Shown here: positions 53,480 through 64,000 of the stretch, one piece after another
Position numbering within the stretch: position 1 is the first letter of the stretch
Layout: every line of letters begins with the position of its first letter
Made by a program: the position numbers and the translations under genes
From: Octopus vulgaris
Lineage: Eukaryota
Direction of reading: 5' to 3'
NCBI GenBank assembly: GCA_951406725.2
Contig: OX597819.1
Location: 49,972,001 to 50,036,000, forward strand
Length of the DNA: 64,000 nucleotides
The notes under the pieces: generated by a model
The model's input: only the letters and a program-made list of their open reading frames with translations
Told to the model about the DNA's origin: nothing
Databases searched by the model: none

Positions 53480-54844
53480 CCTATACACATATGTATACAT
53501 ATATACACACACATACATACATATATACATACACACATACATACACACACACACATATACATATATATACACATACACATACATATACATATCTACACAT
53601 ACACATATATATATATACATACACTCACTCACATGCATACACGTATACACACATGTATATATACACACACGACCACACATACATATACACACAGAAAAAT
53701 ATATATACATACACACATACACACATGCACACACAGCACACTAGTCCCTATATACACATATATACACATACACACATATATATAAACATACACATACATA
53801 TACATACATATATATATATATATATATACATATGTGTACCTATACATACCTACACATACACACATATATATACATACAAATACAGACCCATTCCCTAATT
53901 TTAATTTTATTATCTTCATTTATTACTTTTGTTATCTTTGACCGCTGGTCCCAAGGATCTTGGCTATGACAGCAAGTCCATTTATCTGTCTACTTGAAAA
54001 CAAGCACTCATTCACGCACGCACACTCATTAGCACGTACACTCACTCATTCGTACACTCATACACATACACGCACGCACGCGTTATATTCATACATACAT
54101 ACATCTACATACATTCACGTATATACACATACGTACGCGTACCTACAGATTCATGTCTACACTCTTAGAAGGCTAGTCTATACATATACACCAATAAATA
54201 TATATATACACACATACATATACACCTACATACAAATACATACATATATACATATCAGCCGAAATTGCTAAGATGATCTGGTTCTTGACTGATGACTGAG
54301 GGCTTCGAATGTCCCGTCCTGTGGTTCTTGTGTCGTCTCTGTGGCGTTTCATGTTCTTGTCCATGTCTGTAATTATTTTTACTGTTTACCTATATATATA
54401 TATACATACATATATATACACATATATATACATATATATATATATATACACAAATATATATACACACATATATATACACACATACACATACATACATATA
54501 CACACATACACATACATACGTATACATACATACATACATCCATACATCCATACTTACATACATTTATACACATACACACACCCATATATATATATACACA
54601 CACATACATACATATACATACATACATATACAAATATACGCACACACATACATACATACACATATACACATACACGCACATACACATGTACATGCGTACC
54701 CATACACACACACACACGCACGCGCATCCATATATACACACACACACATATACATGTGTGCAAACATACATACATACTCATACACGCACACACACTTACA
54801 TATACATATATGCACACACTTACACACATATATACATACACATA

Positions 54845-54877
<33 letters not shown>

Positions 54878-54989
54878 GCATACATACACACACACATATA
54901 TATATACATACATACAGATACACATACCTATACATATATATACACACACATATATACACATGCACATACTTATATCTCTACATACTCGC

Positions 54990-55048
<59 letters not shown>

Positions 55049-55291
55049 CATACATATACCCATATACATGTATATATACACACACATATATATATACACA
55101 TCTACAATTTGTATCTACACTCACATACATGCACATACACATAACTCTACATACCTACATATACATCGACATACTCGCGTACACTCATATATATACACAT
55201 ATATACATATACACACACACATACATATACATATACATATATATATATATATATAAATATATACATAATACACATATACACACACATACAC

Positions 55292-55322
<31 letters not shown>

Positions 55323-55425
55323 TACATATATATATATACATACATATATATATACATACATACACATATACATACATGTACATATATATATATACATATA
55401 CATATATATACACACACATACATAT
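53480..55425. repeat. Degenerate (CA/TA/CATA)n low-complexity region
   Basis: Direct inspection; His/Thr/Tyr/Ile ORFs are artefacts. Confidence 0.9.
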
Positions 55426-55426
55426 A

Positions 55427-55574
55427 TCAACAAATGAAGGTAAAGTTAATTAGTTATTAATCATTTTCACCAAGTATTCAGTATGTAAAAGGACCATTAT
55501 TATTTTGAGTAAACAATGTCTGAGGGAAAAAATTCTCTAAGTAGTGGAAGAGGTTAAAAAACTTTTTTGGCTGC

Positions 55575-55581
<7 letters not shown>
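55427..55581. mobile_element. Short internally inverted relative of the 560-bp family, in (TA)n
   Basis: 55427-55499 resembles reverse complement of 47403-47474; 55505-55581 resembles 46686-46768 in forward orientation. Confidence 0.6.
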
Positions 55582-55641
<60 letters not shown>

Positions 55642-55799
55642 CGAACTTCTGTTGACTTTTTCGCCATAACTTTCACTCACTCTTTTATACAGCATCTTGC
55701 AGCTTACCTGCGGCGGACGGCATTCCGTCCAGGTGGGGAACCTATATGACAAGGAAACCGGGAAACCGGCCCTTATGAGCCAGGCATCGTTCGAGAAGG

Positions 55800-55989
55800 A
55801 GATAGATCGTTAGCCACTACACAGATTTTTTCTTTCCTTGTTTCTCTCCTTGTTTCTGTGTCCCTTTCTGTAGAAGAGCGTAGGCTCGAAACGTAAAAGA
55901 CTTTCTATTCCTGAGCGTTATACTAATACATCTGCTTGTTTTGTACACCACCTGTCTTAGTCTTTTGTTTTTTTTCGTAAACTCTCCCT
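55800..55989 (+). mobile_element. Diverged pLTR copy facing the PLE 3' end across (TA)n; HHR-like motif at 55864-55900
   Basis: CTTT CTGTAGA A GAGC-gtag-GCTC GAAA CGT A AAAG; similar to reverse complement of 56010-56210. Confidence 0.75.
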
Positions 55990-56009
55990 ATATATATATA
56001 TATATATAT

Positions 56010-58885
56010 AACGGGAAGCTTTATGAAAATAAACAAAAGACGAAGGCAGGTGGAAAACAAACGAACAATTGTATTAGTATGGCGCTCAGGAAATATAAAT
56101 AAAACAAGTCTTTAACGTTTCGAGCCTACGCTCTTCAACAGAAAGATACACAGAGAGAGAAAAACACAGAAAGAAGGAGAGAAAAAAATGCGTGCAGTAG
56201 CTAACGAATCAACATGGCGATCTGATTTCGGCCAGAGGTCAAAGATCAAACATGAGACGCGAGAGCGAAATAAGGGGAGATAATAGGGTTGATAAATGGG
56301 TTGAGGGACCAGCTAAAAGTGCGTGGGAGGGGTCTGGATGTGTGTATGTATAGGGTTGGTGTATGTATTAGTATGTATAAGGGTGTGTGTGTGTGTGTGT
56401 GTGTGTGTATGAGAGAGTATTAGTGCGTAAGATTGGTCTGGACGTGCGTATGTATGGGGTTGGTGTATGTATTAGTATGTATTAGTATGTATTAGTACGT
56501 ATTGGTATGTATAGGTGTGTGTGTGTGTGTGAGAGAGAGTATAAGTGCGTATGCGGGGTCTGGACGTGTGTATGTATAGGGTTGGTGTAAGTATTAGTAT
56601 GTACTAGTATGTATTAGTACGTATTAGTATGTATTAGTTGGTGTGTGTATTAGTATGGCACATCATATGTGATGTGATGTGTAAAGTCATGTGGTGTAGT
56701 GAGGAGAAGAGGGGGAGGGGGAGAAGAGGGAGAGGGGGAGAAGAGGGGGGAGAGAAGGGGAGGGGAAGAAGAGGGGGAGGAGAAGGGGGGAGAGGAGAGG
56801 ATGGGGGAGAAGGAAGGGGATGAGGGGGATGAAGGAGGAAAGAGGGAGAGGGGGAGAGAGAAGGGGAGAGAGGGAGTGAGGGAGCAGAGGGAAGGGGAAG
56901 AGGGAGGGAGAAAGAGGGAAGAAGGGAAGGGGAGTAGGGGTGAAAGGATGAAGGACTGAAGAAGTAGGGGTCGGGGGAGAAAGGATAGGTGAGGAGGGGG
57001 GAGAGGGGGGTTAGATGAGGAGGGGGGAGAGTTGAGACCAAATGGCGTATAAGAGCGAAGAGAGAAGATTAATTCCTGTTCACGGCGCAAACGGGAATCC
57101 GGATGGCCTCTGTGTAAGGACAAACCGAACACAGATAGGTGTTGCAAGGAGTGACCGGTGGAGCGGAAATGGCGTGAGACCGGTGTGTCGTTCGCAAGGT
57201 GGATGTCACGAAGGTGTTCCGCGAACCGGTCAGCCAAGCGGCGTCCCGTTTGTCCGATGTACAAGGAATTGCAGAGAGAGCAAGAGATGCAATAGATAAT
57301 ATTGCTGGAGGTGCAGGTGAAGGAGTGGATGATGGGATAGGGTCGATGGTGCGTGCTAGTGAGGCGGGTGGTGTTGGAGAGGTAAGGGCAAGTGCGGCAA
57401 CGTGGGCGGGAGCAGGGGAACGAGCCGGGTTGGGAGGTAGGGTCAGGGAAGGAGCTATGGACCAAAAGGTCTCGAAGGTTGTGGGCTCGTTTGAAAGAGG
57501 GGAGGGGTCGGTTAGGGAAGAGGTGTGAAGTGGACGGGTCGGACTGGAGATGACGGAAAGCTCGAAGAATGGTGCGTTGGAGACGTAGGGTCGTGGGGTG
57601 GTAAGTGAGGGGAAAAGGGAGGCGGGAGACTACAGGGCGGGTTCGGGGAGAGAGAGCAGATACACGGTCCACGGACCGTGCTCTGGCAAGGGCGGTGTGG
57701 ATAGTGGTGAGGGGGTATCCACGTAGGGTGAAGTGGTGAGCCATACGTTGAGACTGAGTCTCAAAGTCATGGTCGTCACTACAGAGCCTACGTAGACGGA
57801 GGAATTGGGAATAGGGGATGGAAAGCTTGGTGTGTTCTGGGTGGGAGGAAGAGAAGTTGAGGTATGAGTGTGAGTCTGTGTGTTTGTAGTGAATGGAGGT
57901 GGTAAGAGTGGAGTGAAGAATGCTAACCGAAATATCGAGGAAGGAGACAGAGGTGTTGGAGATAGTGGAAGTGAAGTGGAGGGCTGGATGGAAAGATTGG
58001 ACGAAAGAGAGGAAGGAATCTAGATGTTCGCGGGAGAGTGAGGTGGCACCGATAATGTCGTCAATATAACGACCATATAGTTCAGGAGTGGGACCAGTGA
58101 AATTAGAGAATATTTGGGCCTCAACATAGCCAACGAACAGGTTCGCATAGTTGGGGCCCATTCGCGTTCCCATGGCCACTCCCGAGACCTGATGGTAGAA
58201 CTCGCCCGCGAACGAGAAGCAGTTCAGAGTAAGGACAAGTTCGGCCAGACGAATGAGTGTGGAGGTGTCAGGTACAGGGTTAGAGCGGAGGTCAAGAAAG
58301 TGTCGAAGGGCCTGCAGTCCTTCGTGGTGAGGGATAACAGTATAGAGGCTTTGGATGTCCATAGTAAAAAGGATTTTGGAGGAGCCGGGAGGAAAGGAGA
58401 AAGAGTTGAAAAGCCGGAGAGCATGGTTGGTATCGTGGATGTGGGAGGGAAGAGATGCCACTAGGGGGGCAAGGACACGGTCGAGGTATTTAGAGATGAG
58501 CTCCGTGGGGCAGTTACAGGCGGAGACGATGGGGCGGCCAGGGTTGTTGGGTTTGTGGATTTTGGGGAGGAAGTAAATGGTGGGGGTACGTGGGGTTCGC
58601 ACAATTAGGTTGGATGCGGTGCGGGGGAGACGGGAGGACGAGATGAGGTCTTGGACAGTAGAGGATACCGTCTGTTGGTAGCTACGTGTGGGGTTAGAGG
58701 GCAGAGGGGAATAGAAGGAGGTGTCATTGAGTTGGCGGAAAGCCTCGGCCCTATAGAGGTCCGCGCGCCACACCACTACAGCTCCACCCTTGTCAGCCGG
58801 TTTGATGATAATGTCAGCGCGCCGTTGGAGGGAACGAAGAGCCAAGAGCTCAGCCGGGGAGATGTTGAGGCGGCGTTGGCGCCTG
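56010..58885 (-). mobile_element. Penelope-like retroelement (Neptune-like), 5'-truncated, inserted in (TA)n
   Basis: RT + GIY-YIG ORF, ~1 kb 3' UTR with internal repeats, terminal pLTR with HHR-like motif at 56109-56146, (TA)n on both sides. Confidence 0.92.
56650..58884 (-). CDS. PLE reverse transcriptase + GIY-YIG endonuclease (N-terminally truncated; native end probably near 57010)
   Basis: IIIKPADKGGAVVV, YFLPKIHK, GRPIVS, FTMDIQSLYT, QVSGVAMGTRMGPNYANLF, YGRYIDD, FLD; Cys linker PCSRPRCRTC; NIIYCISCSLC..YIGQTGR...RFAEH...HF...REQELI...PFGLN; no stops. Confidence 0.93.
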   Translation of the reverse strand, partial: RRQRRLNISPAELLALRSLQRRADIIIKPADKGGAVVVWRADLYRAEAFRQLNDTSFYSPLPSNPTRSYQQTVSSTVQDLISSSRLPRTASNLIVRTPRTPTIYFLPKIHKPNNPGRPIVSACNCPTELISKYLDRVLAPLVASLPSHIHDTNHALRLFNSFSFPPGSSKILFTMDIQSLYTVIPHHEGLQALRHFLDLRSNPVPDTSTLIRLAELVLTLNCFSFAGEFYHQVSGVAMGTRMGPNYANLFVGYVEAQIFSNFTGPTPELYGRYIDDIIGATSLSREHLDSFLSFVQSFHPALHFTSTISNTSVSFLDISVSILHSTLTTSIHYKHTDSHSYLNFSSSHPEHTKLSIPYSQFLRLRRLCSDDHDFETQSQRMAHHFTLRGYPLTTIHTALARARSVDRVSALSPRTRPVVSRLPFPLTYHPTTLRLQRTILRAFRHLQSDPSTSHLFPNRPLPSFKRAHNLRDLLVHSSFPDPTSQPGSFPCSRPRCRTCPYLSNTTRLTSTHHRPYPIIHSFTCTSSNIIYCISCSLCNSLYIGQTGRRLADRFAEHLRDIHLANDTPVSRHFRSTGHSLQHLSVFGLSLHRGHPDSRLRREQELIFSLRSYTPFGLNSPPSSSNPPLPPPHLSFLPRPLLLQSFILSPLLPFPSSLFLPPSSPSLCSLTPSLPFSLPLSLFPPSSPSSPSFSPILSSPPFSSPSSSPPLLSPLFSPSPSSPPPPLLLTTPHDFTHHITYDVPY

Positions 58886-59089
58886 GATATATATATATAT
58901 AAATAAATAAAAACTGATAAAATTCGTTGATACTCTTGAGTCTGAAGAGAACCAACGTGTTTGATTCAAACTGTTTTGATCCATACATGTAACTCCCCCC
59001 AAAAAACTGGTTGAGTGCTCTTCTTTTTTTGTCCATTCACTCGTGTATACACCCACACACACACCCACTCCCACCCCACCCCCACCACA

Positions 59090-60260
59090 TTGAAGCCTTG
59101 AGAACAATTTCGAACTCTGATGTTATATATTTTGACTTCAGTAAAGCGTTCGACAGGGTTGACCATATCTTAATCTCAAAATTGGCAAATGTTGGAATCT
59201 GTGGAAAACTTCTACACTAGATTAAGTATTTCCAGGCGAATAGAACACAACATTTTATGGTCGATGGAGTCCGTTCAAGCCCAGCAAAAGTCACTAGTGG
59301 TGTCCCTTAGGGGACTATCTTGGGCCCGATCCTCTTTATAATCTACATAATCGACCTTTCCAGCATCGTAAATCACTGCAAAGTGAAAATGTTTGCTGAT
59401 GACACTAAGCTCCAGGAAATCATCAATGAAGAAGACCGAACTCAACTCCAGTCGGATCTATATGCTGTGAGTCAATGGGCATACAAAAACAAAATGCAAC
59501 TAAACGAAGGAAAATTTGAGTTGATGCATTTTGGAAGAAAGACTACACTAAAACAGTCATACCCCATCAGGGGAACCGCTCACAGAATGAGCTCCTGGAT
59601 CTTATGAGCCTTCCGGTCCAGAGAACACGGTGTCATCATTCCACATTTCTCCTTCTTTGTACTGCCACACCTCGATTACTGCCGCCCCTTGTGGTTTCCC
59701 CATACAACACAAAACATCTCGAAGATTGAATTACCCCAGAGAGCACTCACTAAACGAAATGAAGGCATCGCTGATCTTGATTATTGGGACCGCCTTAAAG
59801 CCTTGAAACTCTACTCTCTCCAGCGCCGCCGTGAGCGGTACATCATTTGAACAATATAGAGGATATATCATCAGCATTGCCCAAACGACCTGAACATTAG
59901 TTTCAAAGTTCATCCAAGACTGGGACTACGGGTCATGCATCTCCTGCCCAATTCAGGATCGCAACATATAGGTACACTGCGACAGAATTTCTTTTGCTCA
60001 ACAGGCCCTGCTCTGTTTAACATTGTCCCAAAGCTGATCAAAGAGGAAAAGGATCCCATCACCTTTAAACGGAGTCTGGACGAATTTCTTCTAGGAATAC
60101 CAGATAAGACACCTGGATACAACTCAGTCAACAAGAACTAACTACTTGAATTGACCATAATACCACAAAACTTGACTTAAAAAGGATTTAGATAATCCTC
60201 TCAGGTGGTGCTATTAAGTTAGACATGGCTTGGACCAGTCTCTGGTCGAAACATATCTAA
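59090..60260 (+). pseudogene. Decayed CR1/L2-group LINE, RT and 3' end
   Basis: DVIYFDFSKAFDRVDH...SGVP*GTILGPILFIIYIIDL...MFADDTKL...LQSDL...W...NKMQLN..K; stops and frameshifts. Confidence 0.85.
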
Positions 60261-60344
60261 GTTTACACACACACACACACACACACATATATACACAGAC
60301 ACATATGTATATATGTGTCTGTGTGCATATATATATACACATAT

Positions 60345-60419
<75 letters not shown>

Positions 60420-61274
60420 TGTGTGTTTGTGTTTGTCCCTCACTACTGCTTGACCACCAGTGTCGGTGTGTTTACGTCCTCATAACTTAGCGCCTCGGCA
60501 TAAGTAAGCGATAACATAAGTACCTGGCCTAATAGATTAGGTTCGAGTCCTTCCAATAAAAATTCTTCAAGGCAGTGCCCCAGCAGGGCTGCAGTCTAAC
60601 AACTGAAACAAGGTAAAGATAAAAAAATAAAAGAATATTTATTTTCTCTCTACTTTTCTTTTAAGAGAACTTTAAAGTAGACAACATTTGGATGAATGCA
60701 TGGATTATGTCCCTTTAAATGCTTAGTTCAAATAATGCTGGAGTGGGTTTGTTTGTACAAAGGAAGAATTCAATCTATGTTCTTTATAAATGTTTAGTTC
60801 TTGTGAGAAATGTGTTTCTGTGTCTCCTACTCAACAAGTTTATCAATTTCAAAATTTTCAAATTGAGTAACGCTTCTATTAGGTGCCTTTTGTGTTTCCT
60901 GAATCCTGAGGAACAGCGTCGGTCGTAAGAATGCGATATTAGCTATCTTAGTGACGAGAGAAATCAACAAGAGAAATCTTCGGTGATATTGAGACCCAGC
61001 AATTGGAGGGATCTTAGTGGATTCTAGCTGAGTGACACCATGTTTAAAGGGGTGTGTAGTAAGATATTTTCTAGACATGAATAGCGTTTCTCTTTTCAAA
61101 ACGCGCAGGTATGCCACGCGGTATGTCACGTTGACTCTGCTAGAAAAGTACGTGAAGGGTACATATGTCTGTAGAATACTCAGACAGTTACACGTGAATT
61201 CAGGAGTAGGTAGCTCCGTTGAGCGAATAACTCAATACTCACCGTCGAACGACGGAGATCCAACACCACCGGTG

Positions 61275-61857
<583 letters not shown>

Positions 61858-63197
61858 AAACTCTTTCTTTTAAGGCAATCTTTAATTTAATGCCTTATTA
61901 AAAGTAGGATGGCAGAGAGCCGTCTATAAAACGTTGCTATAGGTCCCACGATATTTGGCAAACCAGTATAATGGTCTGGTGCCAGATCAAATTTGCGATT
62001 CACTGGCTGACAAGATTTTATCTTCTTGCCTGTGGAGTGATATTTTGTGGAATCATTTTGCGTTACATTATTTTGAACATTCCATTCTTTACAAATCTCC
62101 AGAATACTTTTCTATTCCTTCATTATTGATGATATGACAAAAACAAAAACCAAACAAAACCAAAAAAACCCAACAACAACAGCAACAACAACAAAAACAA
62201 CAAAAACCAACAAAGGTTTGCTGCCTAAAAGTGAATTAAAAATCCCAAAGGGTGTTTTTTTTTAAAATTTATTTATGCGTTTTTCGTATAATATTTTCTC
62301 TTTTATTTTTAAAATTGGATTTTGAAAGAGTCGATCATTGAAACAGCCCAAATAAAAACAGTGAATAGGCAAGTAAACCCCATGCAGTTTTTTCTTAATT
62401 TAAATTTCAGATGTGAAGGTTAACAATTTCTGCAAGCTTGCTTCGATTTCCATAAATTTTCCGTAACTCGTTTCAAGTAATTTTCTCCTGCTTTATTTAA
62501 CAAAGTTTTTAGAATTTTGTTTCTTTTTTTTTTTTTTTTTTTTGGCTATAGAAATTGTTTCCTTTTTTACCTCTTCTTTTCCTTCTACATTTCAAGATTT
62601 TTTATTTATCGATAAAAGTTGAAATCACATGAACAAACAAAAGCAACATAAATTAAATAAAAAAAAATAAAATAAATAAAAACAACAATAACAACAGTCA
62701 AACAGACAAACAAACAAACAAACAAAAAAATATATGTGCGAATCAATTCCGATTTGCGGAAGATGTAGGAAACTAGGTGTAAAATAATGATTTATTTGGA
62801 CTTGGGGAACAACCTCAACTGAAGGACGAGCAACTATGTAGTTTATACAATTGACTCAAACTTATTACTGGTATTTTTGGTTTTTCTTTTAATTTGCTTC
62901 AAGCAGAGGAAAAGCAAATGCCACTCCAGCAGTGACTGAACGAAAAAACAAAAACCCTCACAAAATAAAATAAAATTAAGCATACTAAATCACTAAATTA
63001 GGATAAATTTCTGGTTCTTCTGCTGTTGAAGTTATCTTTACTAGTAAAATAAGAACTGGTTCTTCTTCTTCTTCTTCTTCTTCTTCTTCTTCTTCTTCTT
63101 CTTCTTCTTCTTCTTCTTCTTCTTCTTCTTCTTCTTCTTCTTCTTCTTCTTCTTCTTCTTCTTCTTCTTCTTCTTCTTCTTCTTCTTCTTCTCTTTT

Positions 63198-63591
<394 letters not shown>

Positions 63592-63932
63592 CATTATTAT
63601 ATCATTATTATTATTATTATTTAGGTGATGAGCTGGCAGAATCGTTAGTTCACTGAACGAAATGCTTAGCGGTATTGGTCAATCTTGATCCTTTCACCCG
63701 CATGATTTTCATAAAAAAATCAAAAACAAAAACAAAAAAACACTCGGATTTTTTGCGTGGAATAAAGAAATCTGACCTCCTAATATGCTGCAAACTCCTT
63801 ATTTTTGTTCGGAAAAAAAGGTGGTGAGGAGCAGGACTCCCCACCGTCCATTTCTTGGAATCATTGGATTTTTTTCCGTTGAAACCATTATTATTATAAT
63901 AATTATTATTATTATTTTGTTGTTGTTGCTGC

Positions 63933-63974
<42 letters not shown>

Positions 63975-64000
63975 CATTTAGGCGGCGAGCTGGCAGAATC

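Noticed and set aside
54257-54310. GCCGAAA...CTGATGA possible permuted hammerhead
   Set aside because: Could not build consistent stems by eye
54309-55437. ORFs of 227-315 aa
   Set aside because: Microsatellite artefacts

Overview
AT-rich, microsatellite-saturated eukaryotic non-coding DNA. The SINE repertoire and simple-repeat load look like an octopod cephalopod (inference). No convincing host gene is visible, and nearly all ORFs in the track are microsatellite translations. Real coding remnants are all transposon-derived: a 5'-truncated but uninterrupted Penelope-like element (PLE; RT + Cys-linker + GIY-YIG, 56010-58885, minus), a second PLE 3' end with a ~3 kb UTR, an RTE LINE with a 5' inversion, decayed CR1-like, R4/Dong-like, PLE and Tc1/mariner fragments, two non-autonomous Helitrons and three tRNA-derived SINE families. 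The main signal is about 20 hammerhead-ribozyme (HHR) motifs from roughly ten sequence-unrelated short non-coding element families, most of them ending in (TA)n. They include tandem 362-nt and 560-nt retrozyme-like units, a fold-back element with HHRs on both strands, a tRNA-headed (Pol III) element carrying an HHR, and core variants such as U3-A8. Together they suggest a TA-microsatellite-targeted PLE/retrozyme ecosystem. All folds were done by eye, activity is untested, and coordinates of decayed repeats are approximate.
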